A DNA stretch of 62,912 nt, filler included, from Squatina squatina (Eukaryota), in the NCBI GenBank assembly GCA_031763465.1. It is 4 parts of 4 records of this genome, joined end to end, with 100 filler letters (N's around TTAATTAATTAA, not from the genome) between each part and the next. Parts side by side here need not be neighbours in the genome. Positions count along the whole stretch, not along the records: positions 1 to 14,519 come from JARFOE010000233.1; positions 14,620 to 35,955 come from JARFOE010000192.1; 2 more parts are not named here. One strand, written 5' to 3'. Under the pieces are notes generated by a model. It saw nothing but the letters and a program-made list of their open reading frames with translations. It was not told where the DNA came from and searched no databases. The position numbers and the translations under genes are program-made. This document shows, in pieces, positions 12,417-25,239 of the stretch. Each line of letters opens with the position of its first letter. Position 1 is the first letter of the stretch.

Positions 12417-14172
12417 CTTTAAACTTTTTTTTTCAAAACATAAATTCTTGGGCTTTTTTGGGTGGTAGGGTTGTAAATTGCTTAGAATCGCATCCAGCCA
12501 CTGTGCTTTTTTTTAACTTTTAATTTGTTTTTTTACTAACAGCAGGTATTTGCTGAAGCCAAGTGTTTTCCAGTATGCTGCATTATCCCAATATACAATG
12601 GCCCTAAAGTTGCGGTCAAAGGCTTCCCACGGGCAGAAGCCTCGAACTGCAAAAAAAAAACTACGAAAGTACCTGGTGGTCCTGGAGTCTTGCAGATTTC
12701 TGGTTGTGGGTCCCTGCGCGAAGGCCAGCGTAAAGGCCCACCCATGCATTTCGTATGCGTCCATGGNNNNNNNNNNNNNNNNNNNNNNNNNNNNNNNNNN
12801 NNNNNNNNNNNNNNNNNNNNNNNNNNNNNNNNNNNNNNNNNNNNNNNNNNNNNNNNNNNNNNNNNNTCTCGCACATCTGACCCTGTAATTTGACCTCGTG
12901 GTGTCGTAAACACAATTGTCCTTTTTTGCATGTTGTGCTGAACCAGTGGTTGTCTGGGAAACGATTGGCCTTTGACATCCAGTTGATTTGCATTGGGTTC
13001 ACCCAAAGCTTTGAAAAGCCTTTCTGACCTGGGGAACGTAGTCTACGTCTGTATTTCTGAGGTAACAAAAAATATTGTAACCATTGTTTATAGGTTGCTT
13101 TCCTGCTTTAAAATAATTTAATATTGACCATTCAGGATAATTTGGAAGAGAACTCTAATGGGCAGAAATCGGAGTTTTATTAAGCGGAATCAAAACAAAG
13201 CACATTTCGGAAATAACACTCGATTACCAGGTGGAAAATTTAAATTTGAAAAAATAATTTGCATATTTTGTCATAAAATGTGCTGTGGTAGCACTCGGTA
13301 ATACTTGATCTATAGCAAATCTTCAGCAAATGAAACTGTTGACTGGAGTCACTTGGATAAAAGGTAATGTGATGGCACAATCAAATCTGTTGCTTAGCTG
13401 CAGTGACTGATGTACTGCTGTACATTTGCAACTATTCTGAAAGCACAAAAGGGTATGTTAAAATCTTCCATAACAGCAGCTCATTTTACTGTTTTCCTTC
13501 ACCCACTGGTGTGATGGGTTTTGCAGTGCGCCAGACATTTTTAAAAATCTCATTAAATGTACCTGTTCATTTTCTGTTTTTGTTTAAGCCTATGTTTAAA
13601 ACTCTGTGGTTTGAACCCCACTGAGCTGATGGCACCCATTATATTACTAGGCTAGATTTTGTTTTGGCATGGATGAATATATCGTGTTGCCAATCGTATT
13701 ACAATCTATATAATCCCTTTTTAAGCTCTCTTGATCTGAGTACAAATGAATCTGATTTGTAATACCCAAGTGAATTTGAGCACCCAAGATTTTAAAGGGA
13801 CAAAGGAAAGAGTACAATATAGTAGGNNNNNNNNNNNNNNNNNNNNNNNNNNNNNNNNNNNNNNNNNNNNNNNNNNNNNNNNNNNNNNNNNNNNNNNNNN
13901 NNNNNNNNNNNNNNNNNNNNNNNNNNGGCTGATCATGCAACTCAGTACCCCGTACCTGCATTCTCTCCATACCCCCTGATCCCTTTAGCCGTAATAAAAA
14001 CATAGAAAATATCATCACAACCAGTATTTAGTCAACACTGATGGTGATGCAGGATGATTTCCTGTCTAAAGTCTTGTGCAGTAGTAGTTGTAAGAAATGA
14101 GTTATTAATATAATTTATGTTTAAAAGTATGTCTTGTGTACAGCAATTATCACGTGTTTTACAATCTTCTGA

Positions 14173-14397
<225 letters not shown>

Positions 14398-14519
14398 TAG
14401 ATGCATTCTAAACTTCAAAAAAAATGAACGTTGAAGATGCTAATCTTGGGAGGGAAAAATCAGTCCAGGTTTCTGCTCCTGATGGCAAACCAGAGGCATG
14501 TGTGCAGGTTGGGTAAAAA

Positions 14520-14619
14520 NNNNNNNNNNNNNNNNNNNNNNNNNNNNNNNNNNNNNNNNNNNNTTAATTAATTAANNNNNNNNNNNNNNNNNNNNNNNNN
14601 NNNNNNNNNNNNNNNNNNN
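14520..14619. other. Artificial scaffold-joining linker N44-TTAATTAATTAA-N44
   Basis: Palindromic 12-mer with stops in all six frames (14564-14575), centred in a 100-nt spacer. An identical design occurs three times. Confidence 0.95.
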
Positions 14620-14680
14620 CTGAATTGAAAATTGAAATGGCTGTTTGGAGATGGTTTCACCAGTATTTTGCATGTAAAGG

Positions 14681-14849
14681 TCTTTGATCAAGAATTGGTC
14701 AAGTTAAAGGTCACCTTTGAAGGAAAGGGTTATTTTAAATGCTAGTTCAGTGGTCAGCAACCAGTGTTTCAACAAAGTTAATGAGTATATAAAATACCCT
14801 TTTCCTCTTTCAAAGATGGCCTTTAATTTGACTAATTCTTGATCAAAGA
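14681..14849. repeat. Long imperfect inverted repeat (~55-bp arms), possible MITE or RNA hairpin
   Basis: TCTTTGATCAAGAATTGGTCAAGTTAAAGGTCACCTTTGAA pairs with TTCAAAGATGGCCTTTAATTTGACTAATTCTTGATCAAAGA. Confidence 0.85.
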
Positions 14850-15755
14850 TTTAGGGGTGTGTCATGGGATAAACTTTGGAGATCAAAATGGCAGATTGCA
14901 TCTCCAAAGAACTTAATCAAAAGGGAAACTATCCTTATAGCACACACATCTTCCCATGGTCTTCAGTTTCTGATCATTGCACTATCATGGACAAAGGTGA
15001 ACAGCCAATGGATGCTTACATATGTACCACCAATTACCGTCTTGTCAAGAGGCGCATAGAGAAGCTGGAAGAAATATGGGCCTGTGTAATATGTTAGTGT
15101 ATTGTGTAATATGTTACAGTGTATCATGTAATATGTTGCTCCTGTTACTGCTTCTGTGAATCATTTTAATTGTACCTAGATATGAGTCAGTGGCTAGAGG
15201 GGAGAAGATAGGAATTAGGGCTAATTTTGTACCAGAAACCCTTTTTTGTTTTGTTAATTTTTAATCTTTGTTTTTGAAATTTTTCATGTTGGAATTAATA
15301 ATACCAATTTTACAGAACATCAATATTTCAGATCTTATTGAAAGCAAATAGGCATATTTGGAAATAAAATCCTTCAGTGTTCCATGGATATCTTGATGGA
15401 TGCTGGCATTTTTAGTTCAGTTTGCAGATTGAAACAATCCCACCTGACTTAAAGAAATTTAAATTGTTTTCTTCCCCCACTTGAGCTATGATAGATTTAA
15501 ACCCTTTTGATGTGTCTGACATGCCATCATTGGTGATGTCCCATACTTCACACAGGCATGAATCAGTGTGTGTTGACATCTGATATTTCATCCAGCACTA
15601 TATTGCATTTTTGTATTTTGTGAAAATGCAGTATCTGTGTTGAACTTATAAATTATATCCCAGTTCTTAAGGTCTGAAAGATATTTTTCCCCCAATATTA
15701 GATTTGTTTCCTCATTACAACTAACTTTCTAGGTAGGGACATATGTATGCTGAAA

Positions 15756-15970
15756 ACCAGGGTAATAGATTGGGGAAAAGCTGATTTTGAGGGGCTGAGA
15801 ATAGAACTTGTGAAAATAAAATGGGCAAAAATATTGGCAAACAACGATGTCGAACAGCAATGGGAAACATTTAAAACTGTTCAACAGAGTGCAGAAACAA
15901 TATATTCCACTAAAAGGAAAGAACACGAATGAAGCTCCATGGATGAATAAAGCCATAAGACAATTGAGGG
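15756..15970 (+). mobile_element. CR1 ORF2 fragment (endonuclease-RT tether), frameshifted
   Basis: WGKADFEGLRIELVKIKWAKILANNDVEQQWETFK followed by VQKQYIPLKGKN..PWMNKAIR. Confidence 0.8.
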
Positions 15971-16070
15971 NNNNNNNNNNNNNNNNNNNNNNNNNNNNNN
16001 NNNNNNNNNNNNNNNNNNNNNNNNNNNNNNNNNNNNNNNNNNNNNNNNNNNNNNNNNNNNNNNNNNNNNN

Positions 16071-16147
16071 ACCCCTCTGTCTCTCTGCACTTGTTCCCAT
16101 CCCCCTGCCACATTAGTTTAAATCCTCCCCGACAGCACTCGCAAACA
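16071..16147 (-). mobile_element. CR1 ORF1 end / inter-ORF fragment
   Basis: Minus strand TTTGCGAGTGCTGTCGGGGAGGATTTAAACTAATGTGGCAGGGGGATGGG encodes FASAVGEDLN*, the typical CR1 ORF1 terminus. Confidence 0.65.
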
Positions 16148-18289
16148 GGCTGAAAATGCATTTTCTTACTTCATTTTTATTAGTTTAGAAGACATTACCC
16201 TTTTAATGTCTCACAATGCCTAGCAAACTCATTGTCTCGCTTCCAGAGGCTGTTGGAAGATGGAACGCCGCTTCTGGATGCCAACTTCGCCTCCGATGCC
16301 TGCACTAATGCCACCAGGAGGGCATTACACAGTGAGTTAGTGCTGGGCTAAAATTCTTTAGTCCCCAGCGCAAATTCTTCTCTCTTACCGCCGCCACCAT
16401 TTTCAGCGGCTATTAGCTCGAGGCCGCGGTGACACTGCCAGCTCTCGTGGCGGCCATGAATTTCTAGTCCCTGGTGTACTATTTAAGCAACTTGAGCGCA
16501 TAAATTCATTTGTTACAAGATTAACAGTTTAAAGATGGCCAGTATTTTGCTAATTTGGATATCTCCATTAAGTGGCACAAGTGGCAGATGGTTACTACAG
16601 ACGAGGCAAAACTGACAGCAAACCACGACCATTAAACAAGTAGGGTAACAGCAAATGAGAATGGACTTGAAAACCCATCGGCCTGGAATCCCAGTGTAAA
16701 TAACCAGGATCCGCTCACTGGCGCTGACTCTGCCACAGTTTGTGGGGTCAGTGGGAGGGTAATGGTGGTGCGTGCCAACACTACCAGGGGCACATCTAGG
16801 AGGTCTTCTTGCTGGAGGAGGCTGGAAATTGTGACCTAGGGTGCCATGTCTGGGATTGGAAGTCAGCAGCACCCGGGAAAGAGGCCAGAAGTACCTCTTT
16901 GCTGCTTTATAAGAAGCCGAGAGAAAATGTTACCCTTTTTATAAATCTTTCTGGGGCCCAGGCCCAGATGGGTTCCACATTGACAGGCCAATATGCTGAC
17001 TCTCACCTGGTGTACCAGTCAGCTGATGCACCACCAGCATAGGGACAAGAAACTTCCAGCGGGGCAGTCTCTGTCTCTGGTCACGCCCACACTTATGCCG
17101 TTTTGTGTCTTCGTTGGGAGGGGGAAAGGGTGAGGCTTTTTCCCAACAAGGTCCATCGGAATCTGTGGTGGAAGGTTACTGGCCTGTGCACAAGCAGTGA
17201 CTTCAGGGTAAATCAAATTGGCATTCGGCCATTTTATTTTGCCGAGTATTAAGAACTCCACAGCTACATTAAAGTACCTTTCAACATTTATGATAGTTAA
17301 GTAGCTCATTGGGGATATAAAAGAATCATTATTGCAGCTGCATCGACTGATTTTTTTTTGGTAATGTGTAATAGAATTATATTCCCAAGAAGTGCACATT
17401 TCGATAAGCACGTGCTGGCATGATTTTAATGGCAGTTCATTTATAAACAACAGGCATTTTGCTCAATTTTCTCAAAGAAAAATATGAATATTGGCACTCA
17501 GCAACATGTTGCTGATGCATTTCCTGTTGTCCCCTGCTGTGGGCAATTTGCTTTTAGTGCTGCAAATTTAATAGCTGCCTGTATTTGTTTAGACTTTAGA
17601 GTCATGTTTAAAGGTTATTTACCCTCCCCCTCATCTTTGTAGCATCACTGAAATCCACATAGCCTGTTGTGATCGAAATGTACTTTCCAATTAAATGATT
17701 TAGAGACTGTCAGCTCTGAGACACCTTAAGAATTTTTGATATGTCATTTGTTTAAATGTCTCCGTCCCAGAACACCATGACGCTACAGAGAACGAGCCGT
17801 GTGATACAGACCAGCTGCAAATGAGAATTAGATTTCATATTAAGCAAATCCTATTAACAATACACTCCCATGTCTCTTTATAGGTGAACAGGCCCTAATT
17901 AAAAGCACCACCATCTGCCAGTGTGCAGCAGTGGGCTGGCATTCAGTAGCCCACCGCAGCCTCATTGATTGAAATGTATTATTTATTAGCTCTCAGCGTT
18001 CTGTTAGCAGTGGACAGAAAATAACAAAAACTGATGGGCATGAAACAGAGTTATTCAGCATCATCTGCTGTAAAGGTGTGCAGAAGATATAATAGTGCTA
18101 TATCTGAATGATGAGAAAGGCAGTGCATTATTTGTCAGTGATTTGTATTATATCATGAAAAGGAATCTGCATTTGCAAGAATGTGACTTGGTAGTTTTGG
18201 TGACTTATAAATTTTGTGCAGCAGCCTGTAAGTGACTGCAGAGAAATGAGCAAACTGATGTACATAAGGCACCAAAGCAGAAGTATAAT

Positions 18290-18396
18290 AATGTTGAAAT
18301 AGTAACTAACAAGATAGATAAAAGAAACGCAGTGGGTGGAGGTTTATATGCATTTTCAAAAGACAGTTGATAAGGTACCACAAGACTTGAGCAAAA
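18290..18396 (+). mobile_element. CR1 RT fragment
   Basis: VYMHFQKTVDKVPQ resembles the RT motif VYLDFQKAFDKVPH. Confidence 0.65.
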
Positions 18397-20910
18397 NNNN
18401 NNNNNNNNNNNNNNNNNNNNNNNNNNNNNNNNNNNNNNNNNNNNNNNNNNNNNNNNNNNNNNNNNNNNNNNNNNNNNNNNNNNNNNNNNNNNNNNNAGAC
18501 ACAAAGCCTTTAGGCTTGTCTTTTTAACATTCTTCGTCCCCTTAGCATTATTTTGTACTGTGGCCCTGTTTGTCTTTCGCCCTTGATTTCTCTGCCTTCC
18601 ACTTTTGCTTTTCCCCTTCCTGTCTTTTGTTTCTATCCTGGTTTCCCCTTCCTCTGTCTCCCTGTATAGGTTCCCATCCCCCTGCTATTTTAGTTTAAAC
18701 CTTCAGAAATGACCATGAGCCGCACTATTAGGTGATGCAGTGTGCTGGAGCAATATGCTGTCTGTGTTTGGATAACTGTGACATTTGCTGAACGTGCATG
18801 CAGAAACTTCAGGTGACTATGTGATCACTCTCAGGACCCAACCAAATAGTCAAGTAGCAGCCGACACTCATTGTCCAGGCTCCAGTGAAAATTCACAATG
18901 TGGATCAAATATAAGTGAGATGGAGACCAACTGCACCTGCAGATCTCTAACAGGAAGAAGGGGCAAGGAGAATCAGAAGGAACATCAGATGTAAAACTAC
19001 TTGTAAATGCAGAGCACTCATTAATCTTTCTGGGCTATGTAGGTTGATATTTTTTCCATAAATGTCTGTTCCTCTGCATTTCTTTCTACACAAAATGAGA
19101 AACTTTGACAACCAGTTCAAAATGTTAATTTTGGGACCAGATGACAGATATCTGATAATTATTTTTCAGCACAAAATTTGACTGTTATTTACACTGTGTA
19201 ATTCAAAATATTGGTTAATTCATAATTTAAAAGCAAAACATTCGTTTGAATTATCAGTAGACTGCTATTTATGTAAATATTTAATTATTCATGTGTGCAA
19301 TCTATTGCACATGACCAAATCCCAAGATCTCTTCCCTCCACCGACCCAATTCCATAACTCCCCCCTCCCGCGCAATACTGCCACATTCCAGGGTCTGTCT
19401 TCCCCACATCATGCCAACATCACACTCATCCTCAACGTTGCCGAACCCCAAAATGTACCAAACCCTATCTCCCCCTTCCCCAGTGCTCCCAAATGTCAAG
19501 ACCCCTCCCTTCCTAGTACAGNNNNNNNNNNTAAATCAGTACAAAAGATCTGCCAACAATATAATAATAATACTTCTAGCACGTCTGTTACAATTCAAGT
19601 ACCAGAACTCAAATTTCTGCATAACATTTCAAATTAAAAACACAAAGCTCATCATTTGCAATGTACATAGAAACTCTCCACCAATAGGAAATAACAGAGT
19701 ACCATACCAGCAAAATTCTACATTCTGCAATGCACCTATCGGTATAAAACTACGTATTACATGACCTACGATAAGCAATACCATTACTATATTAAAAAAA
19801 ATGTTTTTGAGACTTCTCTATTGCGCATGCAAATATCTGCATGACCACTAAAATATTACTGAAGAGAAATAAACCCAATCATTTTCTGGTGGATGTAGGA
19901 CCTAACCCATTGGTAATATTGATGCACAACCCACGGTTGCTGCTAATAGTAATGTAGGCAATTGCTGTAGATAGTGTTGTTAGAAATAGACTCTACCTCT
20001 TACATCACCATCACTGGTAATATTCAGTATTGTGTAAGTGCACTCTCAAGCCAGAAAGCTTTGTCAGTTTCTGTGTTCCATTAGAATTGGGTAAAATGAC
20101 AAACAAATGGTGATCTCATTGTGTCTACTCTTGTACAACAGTCAAGGATGAGTAATTTGGAGCAGAAGGTTAAATACTTCTTTGGACCCTATGCTCGCTA
20201 ATACTTTTGGTGAAGGACCTCGTCAAGCTGAGTGGGTACTCCTGATATCAAAGCATTGGCTATGAACATCAGAACTCCATGATCAATCTTGTTACGGTGG
20301 AAACATTTCTATGATTGACTACTTGGACCATTGTGATATGCTCAGTGATTGCATAAACAACACTATCGCATGTACATCATGAGCAATAACTGAATATGCA
20401 ATGGAACTTCCATTGGCTGCTATAATGTAGGGATACCCCTTCCAAATGAATAATGAAAATTAATTCAAGGTGTGAATCCCAACATTTTGATCTTGCAGCT
20501 ATGTTACAGCAATACCCCAAACCTAAGGAACGAAGACCAATGTAATATATCATTTTTTTTAAATGAGTTTATGCACTGAAAAGAGGAGATGGAATCGCAT
20601 AATAAAAGATACGTTAGCAAACCGTTTAGTGAGTGTACATTGCGAGCAAGACTTTGCAAAAATTACAGCAAATAATTGGGAAGATGGAGTGTGGGATAAT
20701 CGATGTCCATNNNNNNNNNNNNNNNNNNNNNNNNNNNNNNNNNNNNNNNNNNNNNNNNNNNNNNNNNNNNNNNNNNNNNNNNNNNNNNNNNNNNNNNNNN
20801 NNNNNNNNNNGACCAAACAAAAATTATATTTTCTTTAAAGTAGATGGAGTGATGTCAGTACTGTAATTTTGCATTCCAGATTCAGAAAACAGCCATAAAG
20901 TTTGCATGAT

Positions 20911-21041
20911 CTGACGAAGGGTCATCGACCTGAAACGTAACTCTGTTTCTCTCTCCACAGATACTGCCTGACCTGCTGAGAGTCTTCCAGCATTTTCTGT
21001 TTTTATTTCAGATTTCCAGCATCCACAGTATTTTGCTTTTG
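20911..21041 (+). mobile_element. Penelope-type terminal repeat / derived short repeat with hammerhead-like core
   Basis: CTGACGAAGGGTCATCGACCTGAAACGTAACTCTGTTTCTCTCTCCACAGATACTGCCTGACCTGCTGAG...CCAGCATTTTCTG. More decayed relatives lie at ~29010-29050 (+) and ~56790-56900 (-). Confidence 0.65.
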
Positions 21042-21862
21042 TTCTATCATTTTTGCAGTTTGGGATAACCTGAACCCCTCAATTGAACTGTTTTACTGTA
21101 CACTGCCAGCTATCCAGTCACCCCTCTCACCTCAGAATTCAAGTAACTGCCGCAAACCATTCAAGTTACAACATTGCCTTCTTGTATTCACAGACAGTGT
21201 GTAATGGGATTTTATTTTAAATGTATTGAAGACAGTTTTTGGAGAATGAAACAAATGTAATTTTGAGGACTGACCTCAGTCACCACATATCATGATCATA
21301 TCTATTTTGACAGATTTTTCTCCTCAAATATATTATTTATGCTTTATATGTTCTAATCTTTTCAGCTTTTATGCACTACCAAGACATTTACTTTCATTTT
21401 TTGGCAAACGTACCGAGAAAACCTTCAGAAGTTGTTAAGTAAATTATTCATCAAGAGATGCAAATCACTACCCCAGTAGTTTAACTTGAGCAGAGTTAGC
21501 CTCAGCTTCATGTGCAACTGTCAAAAAGAATATTCTAGAGCTTCGAATTTCCAAAGTACACAGCAACACTTTGAAAGATGGGTAGTACAATGTAAAGATC
21601 TCTTCTTGTGCAGAATAGGCCTATTCGTGGTGATTGATTTCTGGGTATGGTTGATGCTTATTCAAGCCAGGCTGAGTTTAACATTAGATCTCTCACCCAA
21701 GTTCATGTGAAGAACTGGCCTGGTCTGCACAGTGAGCAATCTATGCAAAATAATGCATGGGGATAGGTGGTTGAATAAATGGTGTGAACACACTATGTGT
21801 GAACAACATATAAGGGATTTATTCTTTGTAAGCCACTGGCTCCAGCTTGATTTTGATTTCTA

Positions 21863-21910
21863 GGGCGGCCAATGCGTGGTAAAACTTCTAGCGTGAAAGT
21901 GGCGCAAAAC
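21863..21910. mobile_element. Terminus of GC-rich Harbinger-like MITE (same family as 24015), cut by gap
   Basis: GGGCGGCCAATGCGTGGTAAAACTTCTAGCGTGAAAGTGGCGCAAAAC is nearly identical to 24015-24062. Confidence 0.7.
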
Positions 21911-22010
21911 NNNNNNNNNNNNNNNNNNNNNNNNNNNNNNNNNNNNNNNNNNNNNNNNNNNNNNNNNNNNNNNNNNNNNNNNNNNNNNNNNNNNNNNNNN
22001 NNNNNNNNNN

Positions 22011-22127
22011 GTGCGCAAAATGGCTGCTGTGTTTTCTCATATCCCAACAGTGACTACACTACAAAAGCACTTTATTGGCTGTGAAGCGCTTTGGGACGTC
22101 CTTATGCGCTATATAAATGCAAGTTCT
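22011..22127 (+). mobile_element. Deu-SINE 3' part
   Basis: GTGCGCAAAATGGCTGC...CAACAGTGACTACACTACAAAAG...GTGAAGCGCTTTGGGACGTCC...CGCTATATAAATGCAAGTTCTT. Confidence 0.75.
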
Positions 22128-24014
22128 TTGTTTTTGGTTTCAACACTGTTTCTGCTGCGAACAGCAGTGGTTCTGACTGCTGTATGTTGTACGCTAGAAA
22201 TCTGTTCTCACATACACAGCGGCCGAGATCATTTCCTGTACTGATTCTGAAGGAGAGGTGCCCTTTGTCTAGTCCACTACCAGTTTTATCCAGGTACAGG
22301 TTGGCGAGGTGAGAAAGAGAGACGTGGCAGCATTGAGGGCAGGGGCCTCATTCACAGCGAATCTCTTCAGCCTGAACCCCCAAAATGCCAGCTGCCACGT
22401 ATGGTACTGGTGCTGGTATATTTAAATATTCCCCCTCTTTCCAATCTTGGTCACCAAGAACCTTCCCTGCCCATGAAGATATACAACCCCCTGTACCTCA
22501 ACCTCTACTAATTCTGTCATGTACAACACTTAGAGCTATCACTTCTGTTAGTATTTCTCTTTCATTTTCACCCTCCCTGTATGAAAGCACCTGGCCTCTG
22601 CATCAAGTCTCAAAATTTGCATGTGGGAAACCGCAGGCAGATCCTTCACTGGCCACTGCAAAGCATTGGAGAATCTGCACACTCTGCTACTCTGCTTAAT
22701 ACCTCGGATATCAGAAATTTACAGAAGAAAAATACGTAATGAAAAGTAATGTTTCAGCAAAGAGGATTAAAATGATTATGCATTACCCAGAGATTTAATG
22801 AAAATAGGATGACGTAGTGAGAGGGGAAAGCCATCTATTAGAATGAAATGCAAGAACAAACACCAACATCTGCTTTGTGAAATTATTTCAGTTCCATCTT
22901 GTGATCAGTGAATTGAATGACGTGTCAAGAAAATCGAAGATCCCCAGCTTACTCCAGTATANNNNNNNNNNNNNNNNNNNNNNNNNNNNNNNNNNNNNNN
23001 NNNNNNNNNNNNNNNNNNNNNNNNNNNNNNNNNNNNNNNNNNNNNNNNNNNNNNNNNNNNNTACCAGGAAATCCATTGTGCAGGATGTATTTAATCTATT
23101 TCCTGTTTGGTATATTTTCACATGATGGCTTTGGTTACTTTCTACAATAAACAGCTCATTGTCTCTCTGGCAGATTTTATTATCCAGCCATTGCGATGTT
23201 ATAGAAAACAACTGAAAAGATGCACCAGATGTGCTTGTAGATCAGCTTGTAATGGATAGTAGTTACAGGTTTTCTCATGCAACACTTATCAAAGAAGGTC
23301 TGAATTCAAAATTACTGAACAAGTAAATTTCTCTGATGTCCATCAGGAAAAAGAACCATTTGCGAACCATTAGCTCCTTAATCATACTGACTATAAGTGA
23401 TTTGAAACTTAATTAGTGAATTTTTATTTAACATCTGTCTGAACTCCTTGCACCCCCTGCAGTTCAGAGGAGAAATAGCAGTCTTTTTTAAAACCCTATG
23501 CAGCGTATATGCTTTGACTGCATATTGGCTTTGTTCATTACAGCAAATGATGTGGCTTTTCTGTTCCTCATGATTCCTGTGAAATGACAGGTGTATTGTC
23601 AGACAGTTGGCAAATATTCTGCATTTACTGGTTCATCATCTTAAGCTCATCAAATAAACACATTAAAGAAAAAAGGTTCAGCTGTACATTGAAGCTGTTG
23701 TAACACATCTGTGTTAATAATAAATTTACATTTTAATTTGAAACTGAAATATCAAGCTTCAAAGATTAAAATTCTACCCGATGCTCCAGTAAACACTTAA
23801 TATCATTGGTACCTCAAGACACATGTCCATGCTGGTAAGAATCAAGAGGCAATATTATGTTCCTCCCTTTGGGACCAGGCAAGCCTGCGCCATCTGCAGT
23901 CCTGCAAGTATGATGGCTCGGAAATAGCTAACTACCGTCACTGGGATTAAACTTCTAGATAAAATAAGAGCAGCGTATTTTCCTTTACATCTTTAGCACT
24001 TTGCAAAATATCTT

Positions 24015-24901
24015 GGGCGGCCAATTCGTGGTAAAACTTCTGGCGCGAATGTGGCGCAAAACTGGCGTTAAGCCATTTTTGGCGCTAAAATGCGAGCGCA
24101 AAATTTGGGTCCTGTTTGCGCCAGCGCAAAACGGGCGCAAAGCCCATAACACTCGAGGCGCTGGCGTTAGTCTTAACGTGCGTTGTGATGTCATCATTGC
24201 GTGCACTGCCCAAAATGGCCGTCTGTCCAGAATTGCACTGTGTCAGTGCGCACTAAATCCGGCGGTGACAACGCCTGCTTCTTTCAGTGTGGACACGGCC
24301 ACAGCTTATATGATCTGGCGCAAGGGGCAGGAGTCAGATTGGGTTCCATTGTATGTCTCCATGAGGAAGGAAGGAAGGAAAGAAGGAAGGAAGGAGCTGT
24401 GTGAGCTGGGCCCAGGCAGTGAACAAGGGCTGTGTTCACTGAACAGGGAGTGTGTGAGCTGACCCAGAGCACTGAGAGTCAAGCCCAGACAGTGAACAGG
24501 GGCGCTGAGGGGCTGTGTGAACTGAGCAGAGGCTGTGTGCTCTTATGTTTCTACTGTGAACTGAGTTAACTGAGCAGTCAGCAAGGCTACGTGTGAGACA
24601 CATGCAGCTGGTGGCCTATAAAGAAGTTAGAAGCACTTAAGTCAATGAACTCTTAAGTGGCCTGTCAGGTTGCAAGCAAACTCTGGAATTCAGGTTGGAA
24701 GCAAGCTGTGGAATTTGCATCCACACCACGAATAGGTCAGTTCACTATGGGCCTCTTAACGCTAAAGTTTGCACGTGTTTGAACGCTCAAATTGTAAAGT
24801 GGCTAATTGGAGGCTTCACTGAAAATTTTCAAAGAGTCCCATTTCCAGCGCTAAATTCAGCATTTAGCGCTAGAAACTTTAAAAACCTGAATGGGCCGCC
24901 C
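24015..24901. mobile_element. Non-autonomous DNA transposon (~890 bp), PIF/Harbinger-like
   Basis: Left end GGGCGGCCAATTC and right end GAATGGGCCGCCC form imperfect ~40-bp TIRs. Subtermini are GCGC-rich, with an internal AAGG microsatellite. Flanks are CTT and TTT. Confidence 0.7.
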
Positions 24902-25239
24902 TTTCTGGTTTCCCCCTCCCTAACAAATGTAATGTCATTCCACGCGTGTTGTAGTAAAAGTGACAAATGGGAGCGGAGACAAGGAGCTATTATCTAGAAT
25001 GAAAGGTTAATGTTGCTGAGACTGAGTAATTTAGCAAGTCCAAATCAGAATGGTGGAGCAAGTGAACTTTTGTAGTCAGAAGCTGTCGATGGGAACAAAG
25101 GAACACCGGAACACCATCCAATCACAGTGCAGCTTTAATAATGCCTGTTTCACACTTCTCAAGCAAACTGCTTTGCCACTTCACCAGCAGAAGTGAAGTA
25201 TTTTCATTAGGTAGTGAAGAGTTAAAAAAAAAAGTTTGA

